A stretch of DNA of 63,999 nt, counting the filler, from Circinaria calcarea (taxonomy: Eukaryota): NCBI GenBank assembly GCA_051942165.1. It is 6 parts of 6 records of this genome, joined end to end, with 100 filler letters (N's around TTAATTAATTAA, not from the genome) between each part and the next. Parts side by side here need not be neighbours in the genome. Positions count along the whole stretch, not along the records: positions 10,721 to 21,337 come from JAVECS010000785.1; positions 21,438 to 32,050 come from JAVECS010000786.1; 4 more parts are not named here. The stretch is one strand, 5' to 3'. Position 1 is the first letter of the stretch, and each line of letters opens with the position of its first letter. The position numbers and the translations under genes are program-made. The notes under the pieces were generated by a model. The model was not told the origin of the DNA and did not search any database. It saw only the letters and a list, made by a program, of their open reading frames with translations. Positions 11,755-25,300 of the stretch are shown piece by piece.

Positions 11755-12450
11755 GCGAACGATTCTTTACAGTTCAATCTGGACCACACCCTTGACTTGT
11801 TCCTGGCTTGGCCCGTCACAACAGTGGGAGGCTGTCCCACCTTGTCTCAGCGCAGTGTTCTGGATTCTGCTGCAAGTTTGGAAGAAGCTGGAATTTATTT
11901 CTTCTGGTCTCCCGGAACCATCCCCGAGTACTTTTCGATATATTATATGTTGCAGGCTGCATGGTGGCCATTTTCTGAAAACCGGAGACAGGTTGGGATT
12001 CATGTTGTTAGCTAATTCTGAAGTGAGGATATCTTATAAAATATTCCAACCCAGATCTTCAGCGTTAACAGCGTAGAAAACCCATTTGGAGTATTCCAAC
12101 CACCCAGGTCTCAAATGACTGGGAACGGGCCAGAGTATAAGATGCTCGACCTGGGGGTTTGTGGCGAGCCTTCAACTCGAGGTGGGCGTAGCTAACTATC
12201 AGCAAGGCATAGATCGTCTTGCGAAACCCACAATCTGTTGGAAATCATAGAGTTTACCGAGTCATGTGTTACCTAGGGGTAATGCGTGGTCCATGTTCCA
12301 CACTCACTCTCTACACACCTCTAAAAGCGTTTTTCCTTGTATGCTAGCTTAGATAGTTATATACTCATATAGCAATACATACCACCATACATACTGCTCA
12401 ACAAAAGGAGCGTCCCCCTGAGCATGACCCTGGGATAGTATTTGCGGAAC

Positions 12451-15025
12451 TCAATCCACACACCACATCTGATTATCCGGGGTTTTCTCTACCATGTCCC
12501 TATCCCCGAAGTGGCAGAAGCGCAAGATCCATCTAGCAAAGGTTTTTGCAATCCCGTCCTTTGAATTCTCGGCACCTAAATGCCGCGCCTCAGCGCTGCA
12601 CAAGTCCATCAGCTGGGGGTCTTGTAATGCTGCTTCCGCATATGGTCGACACTTCTCTTCGCCTACCGAATTAAGCAAATCTCCAATAGTTCCTTCGTTA
12701 GTCAAGGCTTGCTGGGCACAGTTTTTGGCTGCGTTATGATGGGTTTGATACCCCGGGGCTAACTTCTGGAAGATGGCATGCCTTTGAGCCTTGACGTAAT
12801 AAGTAGAGCCTTTGCTCTCGGCAATCAGTGCCACGATACCAGTTAAAGTCTGACGAATGTTAAAAAGCCCTAACAGCGAACTCGTCTCGTTGTCGTGTGC
12901 GGCTTGAGCCAGAATTAAGGCCAGCGAGAGCGGACCGTTTAACTTGTGTAGCTCTTCGTTCCATTTCTCTTCGAGTGATAGGGCATACCAATCCTTGTTA
13001 GTGTCCCGAAGCACCATATCATGCACGAAACTATCATCCAAGTTCTCACCGTGTTTTATCAGGTTGGGATGTAAGATATACCCTGGGAGCGAACATAACA
13101 ATCCACGGTTAGTCGGAATCCCAGTCATTTGATGATCTAGCCCTATGGGTCCGGCCCAGTCATCTCTAGGCAGTATTCCTAAGAAAGTCGATGGAGCCCA
13201 GCGGAAGCCGTCCTGGCTTAGTTTTCCTGGGGCCTTGGAGAATACAAGCCCCGTCGGAACCTTAGCCATCAGGGACCAGAAGGTCTGCATTCTTTGTGAG
13301 ATCGGGACCGAAGTAACTTTGGTAATATCTAAACCCACAAGACAGGCAAGACACAGAGCTTCGTCGGTACTGACGCTTACCGATCTGACGCTCAAGGCGG
13401 CGCGGATAGAAGGAATGTCCTGGTTGTAGGTTATATCGAATAGATTATTAACCTTACTTGCTCCATATCTCCCTATTATCGCAAGATCTATTGCGCGAGA
13501 CGCTGAAGAGGGAACTCGGCTTAAGTCAATACTCTTAAAGAGCTCCCCCAGATCCACTGCTTGATCGGCGAATTGGAACCAAACTCTTTTCGCCAATCTA
13601 CCTTCTTGTAATGTCCAGAGTCTTCGCATCCAGCTGCAACAGGAAACTCGCGCGAAGATCTCGATTGGAGAAAGAAAATTGCTGTTAAGCGATCGAAGGT
13701 ATGAATCCAGTACAAGCACACATTTCGCGCGCTCGTAAGGTTCTCTCATCCTATTTAATGCGGCTGTTTGCAGCTCTGGAGGGCGAACGGGGACACAGAT
13801 GGTGTCAATCCAGAATGGCATGCTTTCTTCGTGGTTTGTAACAGGAAGTCTATTGGCTAATGCAGATAGCTCTGATATTAAGCAGCTGTGGAGAGTATTG
13901 TCATCTGGGTTCCCAAGACCTTCCGCCCAAACGTGCGAGATAGCCACGAAGTCTATATCATCTTCTGCATTGCGCAAGGTGAGTGGGTGCATCAGAGGCC
14001 CATCACTGTCGACGGGGTTAATCAAAGGAATCGACCCACTCCTGAGAATACGAGCCAAGGCATCGTGATCCACAACTGCGAGGGAGCAAGTACAGCCGCT
14101 GCGGCTATGGGCGAGCTCGTAAGTAGATGAGTCAATTTGCAATGCAAGGCATTTCTCCGCGAAACAACTGCTGTGATCTTTTCCTAACCTCGGAGCTTGT
14201 AGGTTGCTGTAATAATACAAAACTCCAACGGAATCTGTCTCAATGTCAATTCGAGCAACATCACTTGGACACCAACCATTGCGGCGCAACGATTCAAGGA
14301 CTGGCTGGCCAAGATCTACAACTTTTGGTATTCTCCACCTCTGATCAACAGGCGTTTCGATACCTAAGTGTATATAAACATCCTTAATCGCTTGGTGCAG
14401 GTACTCTCCGAGAGCAGCGATGGCAAGAAATATCCGGGAATCAACTGGATCAGTGTCGTAGATTCCGATCCTTAAGGCAAGGTCTCGGACTTCAAGGATG
14501 CATTGGTAGATATGTGTGCACCTCTCTTTGACAATTTCAATAGCTGACCGGGATGTTGGAAGTCGCCCTATGGACCGTATTAGGCCAAGCGTTAGTATCA
14601 TTCATGTATAACTAGCGAGTCTCCCACATAGCAAATCCACAGCCGTTTCACACACATTCAACACGGGACTTGTCTGCGACAAGGTAGAGTGTCCAATCCT
14701 TCACTAACCGCTCTAGTTGGAAAGTAGTCAGGAATTTTGAGCCCAAGCCGTCCTCGGTGACAAAGCATGCAATATCGAACACAGGACCTAGTGCCTCTTG
14801 TAAGAGTCCAAAGTAAAGCCACGTCTGGATGAATGCTGCCTTTTCAATTGATAAAGGTTCCCTTCCATTGTAAAGGAACGCGATTCGATCATCTGGAAAC
14901 GAGATCTTCCAGCCTTTCCGGTCGGGATATGTGAGGAACGGGCCAGCGTCATACTCCTTGGTGCACACAAAGGGAACCTTGATAGGCGGTAAAGCTGGGT
15001 TACGAGGTAATGGTAGGTGGTCCAT
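12451..15025 (-). CDS. HET-domain (heterokaryon incompatibility-type) protein, about 830 aa
   Basis: Exons 15025-14656 and 14567-12451 splice in frame. HET motifs AISHVWAEGLGN, FWIDTICVP, VLVLD, WMRRLWTLQEG; N-terminal FIQTWLYFGLL block. Confidence 0.85.
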
Positions 15026-15487
15026 GTTAATATATCGCTTCTGTAGAGTGGAATAGAAAGGACTAGAACGCTTCTAGTTAAATATTGAACTAAGTGGAGT
15101 ACCAAAGCGACTTAAGAGAATCATCTTTCATGTAAATACGCAGTAAATTTAAGCAAGCAGTGTAGCGGCAATGTGCAGTCGAGGAAATCGAAGCTACCTA
15201 GTATATATAGACACCGCAGGACGACTGCAAGATCTGCGGCTCAGTCTACTCTATCCTTATACTTGTTGAACGAAGGCAGGTGGTATGCAGAGTGTGAAGG
15301 TTGCTACGTAGTATTTCTATGTGTGTGCGCTCGCCTTTTATGCTATGTAAGGCAATGCGCCGCTAAGCCTAATCGGGTCTATAGGGTGACTTTCCAAAAA
15401 GTAAATCTATCAGCAAGGAGTAGATCGTATCGTCTTGCAAAACCCATGATCATCGCAAATCAACCTTCCCTGCCTTGATGGGCTAGT

Positions 15488-18400
15488 TTAACTGTGCGAT
15501 ACGCACACACCGCCTTGTTCTTTGCACAAGGACATGGGATCTGCAATTTCCTGACGTTGTGACCCCTTGTCGTCCCTTTTCCCAATCTCTCCAGCACAGC
15601 ACAGATTTCGCACTCGGTTTGCGTGTTTTTCGGCCACTTCAACGCGCCACTTGCCATCATTCGGGCTAATGTTCCCTCGGCAGTTTGGGCAGCTTACTTT
15701 TCCGTTCATGTTTCTTGTGGAAGCCAGTGAGTTTGTCCGGCATGTACTACAGACAGGGCGTGGGCACTTGATTGATTCACTGACCCTTGCCAGGGAAAAC
15801 GCCACTACCTATCCTATAATTTGAAGGGTCAAAATACCAGTGCTGCCCACCCTTAAAGCGCAGCGAGAACGCTGGCGAAACGCTCACTCATTACCAGGGT
15901 CTTCTCCCCCTGTTTCCTCATCTGGGCCACCCTCATAAGGGTCCTCGCCATCGTTATCCGTGCTCGAAACCGGCGGTTCGACGTTGGTCTTGTGGCGATC
16001 GGGCTCTGCCCGGCGATGCTGGTGGAGAGGTGGCCGTAGGTATTGGTGCTGGAGTGCATCTCATTGCTATACCTAAGGTATGCTTGATATCTCACGTGCC
16101 AGATATCTCGTCCCGCAATACCCTATTGGGACATATTCCACCAATCCTCAAGATAAACTGCCAGCCCCGCGCATTCTCCACCGATTTCTCACCCCCATAC
16201 TTCACATTCAATCTTGAGTCTTGGGCGGTGTACCCGACGACCTCAGGAAGAGAACACTGTCGATAGGGAAACGGTGACTGGGTTCGGTTTGTGGTGAAGT
16301 TTCTTCCGTTTTGACGGTTGATATCATCCACTGATACCTGCCCGTTAATCGTATATGCCCTGGTCCGAGATATCCGGGGCATCTAAGACTGTCTGAAATT
16401 CCAGTACTCTCCGCCCGCCACTCTCTTGTCGATGTTTTCCAGATAGATCTGCAAAAATGCGTCCAGCTCTTTCTGGTCTGGTTGCAATTCGACAGTATAT
16501 CATATATATATACATCAGAACAATACTTCCTATTCTTGTTCATGGTCCCAAATACTTCAACTTCATTGGCCATACTTCGCCGCAGTTAAAAAAGTCCGCC
16601 ACAGGCTTTTGGGTATAACTGCTGAGCAATATGAACAGATATCTGTGTGAAGGAAATAGGGTGCTCCGCTATATTCCTAAGGTATAGGCAAAGACGCTGG
16701 GTAGAACGAGGTTTCGAGGTCCACGTAACTGCTGAATTCAATACTGCTTCAGTACTGCTTGATTGCTGCCCTTCGTGTGTGTATGAAAAAATCCCTATCT
16801 ATGCCTGCGCCAGTACTGCCATACCCCTGCCCCTCAGTCTAACCACATTCCGTCTCCACCACATCTGGTTATTTTCTTCGAGGGTTTGCGTGTGCCGTTT
16901 GAAGGTAACCGGATCAAGCAGGTAAAGAAAGGGTTTCAAGTTGACCGCAGTCAATTTTAACTCATCGGCAGTCGCATTTGCAATATAATGATTCATCTGC
17001 TAAATCCGTGGAAGGAGATCCGCATATGTTTGTGTGTCACTCACAGATTCATTCTTCCAGGCTTTAAATTCAGATTCGCACACAGATCAACTGGCTTATT
17101 GAGTATAGCGCTAGCAGATATTAATAATCTAGTATCGAAGCGGAGTTTTGCCAATACTTGATATGACCGAATTTTGATACTGTGAACATCGCGTTGTGGC
17201 TCTCAGTGATGAACCCGGAACGGAGCCGGGAGGTCGGAAACCAGATCCATTATTCCTGCTGAGCGTGTGAAGTATCTCAGACGTGTTGGAGGATCTGAAA
17301 TAGCATTGGAAGGAAAGGCTATTGCCCTGGTTCATCGCTACGCCCGTCCGCTCCGTAGATCATTGTTGCGCATCAAATCATCGTGATCTGCTGGTACCAT
17401 GAATAGCTCATGCGGTACCCCTTTCGATCATATATATCATCTGCTCACATCACTCAATGGAGACATATTTCAACCACCTTTTAGGAAGTGCGTAATCTTC
17501 GTGCATTTAACCCCAATCCCAATTCCGCATGCCTCGCATTCGATTCTTCAATGCACTTCAGTATATGCCATTTGGCAGATTAGATAGGTCCAGGTAGTTT
17601 GGGTAGAGACGTGTCACTGTTTAATCAGCTACATGTCTCCTTTTTTAATTGGAACCACGACGCACTCACCTGACAGTTGCGATACTGTATCGCCTTCATC
17701 CACATGACAACATACCAATATTCTGTATGGTCATCAGTTTACCGCTAGTGATTTATTTGACTAGCTTCTATATCTAGAATTAACAATCCTCTTTGTGCGT
17801 CTTCGTTTGTAATAGTACTTTGTGCAGCAGCGGGGGTGTTTCTGCGAATTCCTTCATTAGACTGGGATATTAAATGTCTTGTCTTCCTTGTTCCGCCTAC
17901 CGTAGGACACGGAGGTTAGTTAGGAAGATGATGAGTATCAACCATGGATATTTCGATAACCTGTATTGCTCTCCCTTTATGCCGTAGATATTTTTTGGTT
18001 ACAATCGTCATCGAAGGATACTGGTCTGACTTCCTTGCTTCCTCGAGCATGATGTACCTGTTAAGTGGGAGTCGAATTTGATCCATGCCCATATCGAGAT
18101 CGTCATCGTCATCGTCATCGTACGCGGCAGCGGCATCATGAACCCCACAAGTCCATAAATAACTCTAGGGAGCGACTTCTTAATAATCCAAGGAAATGCT
18201 TCTCTGGCGAATACTGACCTTATAGTCGATAAAGGGATGGTCATTCCACTTCCTATCTTTTCCTGAGGAGTGTTGCCGTTCAAAAATCTCGTCCATATTG
18301 TTACCAGTTTAGTCTCTGACAGCCTGTTTTATTGGGGGTTGGGTTGTCTTCCCACCTGGTTTCGGATCTGGGCCAGATAGTGAAGGTTGACTTTCCGTTG

Positions 18401-19700
18401 TGACCAATCGATAAGTGCGCCGGTAGTGTTCAATGATCCTTGTAGTATATAAATTACGTATGCCTTGAATTTGCCAACGTGATCAATAGCTAGATATCCT
18501 GGCTATTGACCTTCTTTGTAAATCCTCCCTGACCCGCCAAACGTCGTAATAATAATGAGTCATGAGGTAGTCCAATGGAACTCTCAATTCCAACAATCAA
18601 GCTAGTACTGCGTCGGCTAGCTTTACGTATCGTGGGATGTATTCTTTTCAGCTAAGAATATCTCTCGGCACTGTCGTATGTACATATCCAGGATCAATGC
18701 CATAGGCATGATATAGAAAAACATTCAAATCCTTCTTACCTTATGTTTGTGGCGCTCGTGCAATATAGAGTCCCTTGACTTGTCCATATACCTTGGATAC
18801 CTGCTGCGAAAATAAAGTCAATACCAAGTTGACTGGTGAACAAATTTGAATCTTTGAAGTATATATGGTGAAGGAGTAGGTCATGCCCTACGAATCTGGA
18901 AATCAGCAAGCCGACTTCCCATATATGTTAGTTATAATAGGGTTTAAACCGGGTTCTTTGTTCGTTTGGCTCTTCCATCCTTCGTCTCATGGCTATCGTA
19001 TTCCGAATGCACACTATGATCATTGTCGGAGAATATCTCTAGTTCTTGCTATTGAACAGCGTCATCATCAATGGCAGATAGACGTGGTGCCATAGACGAT
19101 GTGCACCAGAGGGGACTATGGCAACGACCCGGATATTCTTGGTGCGGAGCTGGAACTTCGACTGTAAGCTCCTTGGGAATTGAAGCCAGAGGTGGTATGT
19201 TTACGAACGAACCTTATGCTCCATCGCTGTCACTTTGCGGATCTCCGTGTGGTTGCTTGCTTGCCCGGTGAAAAGTCGGACACGGAGGAGGTGAGGAAAA
19301 GGCACACCTTCATGGCGTATACTTGCCATCCCCACCTCATCCCTGACATAGAAGCAAAGATTGCTCCTATAACGACGAATTCTTTTGGTCAGTGGAACAT
19401 GTACTCTGCGATTAGTTCGGGATAAAGTTTCCAAAGCATTTTCCCAAATAATTATCCGTTTCTCCTTTTGTACCTTTAAACACATCGTTTTTTCCCGCCA
19501 AGCTGTTGTAGATCTTCCAACGGTAGGAACAACCTTTCAATAGTATACATGGAGAATGAAATGTGGGTATATATAAGACGTGGTGAGGTACCGTAATAGT
19601 CACCAATACCTGTCGAATACCTTTTATACCAGAAGAAGCCCTTTGGTATACAAGAGGACGAGTGGCAATGTACAAGAGTTACCACTAAGGAGTGGACCCC
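15488..19700 (-). pseudogene. Decayed coding sequence(s) ending in a degenerate RING-like motif; extent uncertain
   Basis: Protein-like minus-strand fragments broken by stops and frameshifts (e.g. HAYGIDPGYVHTTVPRDILS*KEYIPRYVKLADAVLA*LLELRVPLDY at 18710-18570); CPRPVCSTC...VSCPNCR at about 15770-15675. Confidence 0.4.
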
Positions 19701-21337
19701 GAGCCTTGTATGTGGTCATCGGAAACCTAAAGCAAGCCTAGGGGGATGGTCGGCCTAATCTTTACGGATGATTGAGCGACTCACTGAATCACCTCCGTCA
19801 CGTAGACATTCAACGTGGATTCACCGTATCGGCATCATCTTTGCAGAGATTCCGTGTCGATTCACCGTCAACCGCCGCTGCCAAGAAGACATTGCATGAC
19901 AAATACCCCATCGGGTTAGTGCGATCAAATGTTGCAGTACTCCGGCACTCCGCAAATGATCGATTTATCGTGTTCCAACCGCTTGAGGGACAGATGTGCC
20001 GATAGAAGTAGTACCATCTGTGCGCTGCACTATACGTCTGGCAACGACACACGCGCCCCGCATCTTAAAGGAGGCAGAACACCTTCCAATTCCCTACAAT
20101 CACGAACAACTATTGCGGGCTTCATGACCCCTGCAAGGTCTGTAATCGCGTTCAACGCCCAGGGACGTAAAGTGTAGCTATTCCGCGCCAATAGAGTCAG
20201 ATTGTTAGTTACGAGGCTGGGAAACAGAGCAAGTAATAGATACGCGAGTTCGCGACGACACGGTGCTTTGGACACGGATTGAAGCACAATGTCATGCGTG
20301 CATTCGCAAGAGGAATGCTGGACGTATCGTAAATGCCTGCTGCATCAAGTAGCGGCAAATGCATTGGAGAGGCCGGACTGCATTGTGGCTTGCATTGGTA
20401 AAATCGATGAGGTCAATGATGTACGGAGATATATTACCGCTGCTAGAGAGCAATAACGACTATTCTTGAGCTCAAGAAAAGGGTCTGACTATGTAAAAAT
20501 AATTGCTGTAAAACAAGACTGGAGGTTGTTAGATTGTATCGTATGACCAAAGTCGATGCTCAAAACCCGTCTATGTAATTCTATGAATCGCGCCATTGCC
20601 CCAATTCGAACAAAGAAAGTGGGTAAATAGCAGTACAGAGGCTTGGGGAGGATTTATCCCAAAGGTATTTGGTACAAAGTTCCGGATACACTTCCAAGGA
20701 GGTGTAAAACAGTACGCTACAACAGAGAATAAAAGCAAAACCCAAAGACTCATTGATTGTCGAAGATGGGGTGAACGGGAGTGAACAGAGTGGGTAAAGT
20801 GCCCCCGGTACCAACTGAATAGGTAAATCCCGAAATCTGCAGTACATAGTGCAGATAAACAAAAACAGTAGTGATCCCTGAAAACACGGTACATAATGCT
20901 GCACGGCAAAGCACCAGCGCTAGAGCCAAGCAGTGGCTTATATCCTGGATAACATGCGCGCGACTTGGGTTGCATATAGACCAAGGACGAGGACTGGCAT
21001 CACAAGACGTCGCGACTAGCTCATATGTGGACAAGCCACACGTGGTCGAAAAGGTAGGTATTCTCATGGAGAAGCAAAGCACACTGGTCGTGCCGTGGAG
21101 TTGCAGAGATAATCGACGATGCAGCAGATAAGAAAAGGCAAATGATGTGAAAGAGGCTTGCATAGATCGCAATGTTCCCTATCCATCGGACTCAACAGAT
21201 TAAGCAGTCAGAGGTGCTGTTAAAATCGGAAAAGATGGTGTGCGGTAAAAGGGAAGGATTGGCCGTGTATAGAAGCCGCGCATGGCAGCAGAAGTAGAAG
21301 TAAGAAGGCATGATTGAGTGGCTACCGGGAAAGTCGG

Positions 21338-21437
21338 NNNNNNNNNNNNNNNNNNNNNNNNNNNNNNNNNNNNNNNNNNNNTTAATTAATTAANNNNNNN
21401 NNNNNNNNNNNNNNNNNNNNNNNNNNNNNNNNNNNNN
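21338..21437. other. Artificial contig linker
   Basis: N44-TTAATTAATTAA-N44. Confidence 0.98.
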
Positions 21438-21650
21438 GCGGCGAGCAGTGCTGTCTCTAGCGCTACTGCCTCGGCCGTGAACTCGGGAGCGGAGGACGGC
21501 GGAGATATGAAGTTCAAGGCGAAGAAGAAGAAGAAGCTTACGAGGCAGCAACTAAAGGAGCGGGAAGTGAGGCGGAGACTGAGACACATTGAGTGGCTCA
21601 ACTCTCCCAAGGGTACGCCCCATCCACCGGATACGGATGATGAGGCATAG
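21438..21650 (+). CDS. NEW1: C-terminal 70 aa of eEF3-like ABC-F ATPase New1/Elf1 (5'-truncated)
   Basis: KKKKKLTRQQLKEREVRRRLRHIEWLNSPKGTPHPPDTDDEA* matches my recollection of the New1 C-terminus (RRRLRYIEWLSSPKGTPKPVDTDDE). Not present in the supplied ORF track. Confidence 0.85.
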   Translation, partial: AASSAVSSATASAVNSGAEDGGDMKFKAKKKKKLTRQQLKEREVRRRLRHIEWLNSPKGTPHPPDTDDEA

Positions 21651-21849
21651 GCGTCCAGGTGTTGGGATATTTTCTTTTGTCTGGCTAGGCCAAAGAGACA
21701 CTTTAGTAATGTGGATACGGGTAATGGGGCTACATGGGAACAATAGACGGAGCCTTTTCTACGGTGCATATCCTTGATACCTAAGTTTTATTTCATCGGG
21801 TTCGTGGGATAGAAAGTTTTATAGAATAGAAAAGTCATAACGCAAGGTT

Positions 21850-24800
21850 TTTGTCTAATTCTTCCGTTTTAACCTTGGTCGTCGTGTCAGCCCAATATAT
21901 AGCCCCTACCAACGTAGCTCAATGAATTCTCACCTTGTTCTCCAGAAAGGAACGCAATTCCCATTCCGTTTGAGCAACAGGTTAAGGAACAAATAACAGT
22001 GCATACTCGCTTCAACATGACGCAATGGGCCCTTCCTTGTAATCAAAATCGACTTTCATTTCGGAAAGCCCTTTTGACGCTCGAGCCTTAGCTTCAGCCT
22101 CAGCTATACGACGCGTCTTCTATATTTCCAGCTGGCTGGTAGATTACGGAAGGAATCACCAGAATACACGGGGTGGGGATCGGAGGCCCGTTCTACTGTC
22201 TGTACTAGATACTCCTTTCCACTACCTTACCTGTGAGAATCAGCTCTTTACGTTGATGATAACCCAGAGAGGTAAATGGACGAATCCGGCCGCGGGCAAT
22301 GTGGTGGATATATCAACTCGGGTTTTTAATCTCTTCTTTCTTTCCATGTGTGTATGCCATCTTAGCGTCTAAACTGTACCTTTTCCCCTGCTTGTCCTGA
22401 TGAGGAGTTGTAGTCTATTTTACCTTTATGGTTCCTTTTTATTCGAACTGCTTGCGACCTTCTAAGCGTCTTGGTTGAGGACAGGATAGCCCGCCCCCTT
22501 CTTCCCCCGCCATGGCAGCTACACAGGCAGATCCTGTTCCTGCTTACGAGATCGTGCCATCGTCCGAGTAGGTACGTAGCCTACGGTCCAGTCATGATAA
22601 GAATGTTGATCACTCGTCGACAGGTTGGATGAAGCGGATGCCACTGTCGACAGCGACGGCAGAAATCCGAAAAATTGATTGATACCAACGGTTACATCTG
22701 GGTCAAAAGGATTGATAGTACGAGATAGATGTGTATGACATGCGAGAGCAGTATGTCTTGGATGAGGCAGGAGCAAAAAGGTACTCGAGTCGGGTGGAGT
22801 AACGATTGATATCTACTTCAAAGGATGTGCTCCCACCGGCATTCTCTGACCGAACACTTCCCCGCGGGATGGAAATCTTTGATTCACCAGGGTTACAGGC
22901 GGATTTCCCGAGGAAGCAACACTGGCGTTATTGGGTGCACTCCATGCGAACAACAGAGTATCGGAAACTCCTCAAACACCCCTAAATCTAGGGGGAACTT
23001 CATTCGGGAGTTTCATGAGATGGGAACAGGAGATGATAGGTCAAACGGGGCCATGCTCCTGCATAATTTGTCCCGAGGGCCTGAGCACAGGTATCTAGAG
23101 GATCTCTAGGGGCAAACTGGCGACGTGAGTAAAGATCCACCAGATCTCAACGATCGGGGATCTGTTACGATCAGCATCTCCCCCGAGCCGGCGAAGCGGG
23201 ACTTTCTAACTGCATGGGGTACCCATCAGCGACTGCTCAGCCATCAGCAGGGGCAGTGGCAGACCGACGTATCTGGAAAACAGTACTACGTTAGGAACGA
23301 ACCATGGAAGAGTTCTTTCTCGCACTCAGCCGAGGGCCCTCAGTCCCGCAGCGCGGCTTCAACACCACCTTTAACAATTCTATGAACGAAAGACGGCTTC
23401 CTCTGCCACGAGGGCCGAAGAAATCAGCAGGGTTCAGGCGAAAAGGAGGGATTTGCGTTGGTTAGTTGGTTGGTTGGGACTATGACACCCGAGGATGTGG
23501 TTCTTTCACGATCCGTACATGATCCACGCGGCCACGATGAACGAAGATGAATCAGGCTGTATCAGGCCTAGCGTCGGATTTGCGATTTTACCAAAAAAAA
23601 AAGGAGGGGGCCTGCGTTGGACGAGCGGGCTGGATGAAAGTTGTCGAGGGCATAACGATGGGCTTGTAAACTTACCAAAAGGCACTTTTTCGTAGAAGGA
23701 TCGGCTACTTTTCTGTCTTTCTTTTCTATCCAGCAATAAGAATGCAGCGAGCGAATCCAAGAGTCTTCTCCAGCCCAGAGCCGGATCCTCTCCCTCCCCT
23801 TTACGCTTTTTCACCCACACCCAAGTCGAAAACAGTTTGATGCGTTCATCATCCGTAGTCATTTGTTTAATTCCCATGGTCCCATATTGACCCTCACATT
23901 TTCCGGCGACCTATTCCTCTTCCGACTGCCTTCTCGACCGCATCGGCCCAGTCCCTCCCTGGCCACTTTTAGAGACAATCCCCCACGGCAAAGAACCGAT
24001 CACCCAAAATGCTCAACGAGGTTTCCTGCCACCCTGGGAGAAAGCCTCGGCAGCTCTGAGATCGTTCATACCCTTGCGCGCGCTTGGAAGTTGGAAGATA
24101 GAGTACTTCGTTGGAAGTGCTTTTGTTTGGGCGTGAGAAAGGGATGATCTCGCTCTTTGGGGGAAATCTGTTGCGGATTTGATTTCGGGAGGAATACGGA
24201 GTATTCTTCACGGTTGTGGAAAAAACGAAAGGGGGAAAAAAGAGAAAAGGGGGTTTTTCTCTCCAGAGCCGAGCTCTTGAAAACCTAGGGTGTCCATTAA
24301 TGCAGCAGCACCTCCGTCGGGGGAATATGGGTGATGCCATGCGAACGGTGTGCAGATGGAAGTGTGAGGAAAAAAGATGAGGTGTGAGGAGATTTGTATA
24401 TAAGTGTTACCTTTAATCAGGCCTCTGGGGGGGGGAATATCTGTAAAAAATTTCAAAGGGCAAAAGTTTTTGGACGGCAAGAAATCTTGGCCGGAACAGG
24501 TAGGAGTATAGTACACCTCCACCACAGTGAGAAAAATCCAAGGACGATTCGACCGAAGATCTGTCCTCAATTTTATAAAAATGGCTTCGGTCTCCATCAT
24601 ACCTCAATATTTCCAAATCCTCCCTCGTTTTCATACTTCACCTACCCCCTTCAACGAATCCATCAATCTGAGCGTACGCTTGCCAGATCGTGATATCGCG
24701 CTGGTGAGGATGGCGGGCAAGGAAAAGTCCCGGTTACGATGCGAACCCTATAGGTTTATCAAATTTAATATATATGTTGGTGGGTGCTTTGACGGTACAG

Positions 24801-25300
24801 ACCCTTTTACTTTATCCTATAAAACAAGGCCAGTAAGAAATCCCCATTCGGGGTATCAGCCATGGTAACCAATACCCTTTGCGTGATATCGGATTGATGT
24901 CCGCCCCTCTTGCGACATAAGAAGCTTGCGCCGAGCCCACTCTTCGTTCATTTCAACGTCGCACGGTCTGTTGGGGAAGAGAGAAAAGGGACCCGGCAGG
25001 ATATTTTCGAAATCCAGAATACGGTCAAAATCCCCTTCCTTCCTTTTGGAAAAGAGATGTAATCTTTTTCCGATTCGAATAGCTCCTTTTCGCCGCAACA
25101 TCAGGGTATTTAACAATTGGTCTTACAAGATACACCTAGAGCTTTCACCAAGAGTATAGGACCAGCCATCAAAGACGCTCAAAGCTGGGTGCGTCTGTAT
25201 GCGTAATCAGGCTCCCTCAATAAGTGGTCTTCACAATTTGAAAGCGCATTCTGAGAATTTTCAAGACGGAGAGAGAACGACATGTGATCGGACAGCGGGA
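21850..25300 (-). pseudogene. Disrupted gene-like region of unknown family (pseudogene or error-rich consensus)
   Basis: Protein-like fragments (DFENILPGPFSLFPNRPCDVEMNEEWARRKLL; TIWQAYAQIDGFVEGGR*SMKTREDLEILRYDG; MTTDDERIKLFSTWVWV) separated by stops and frameshifts in homopolymer-rich sequence. Confidence 0.35.
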
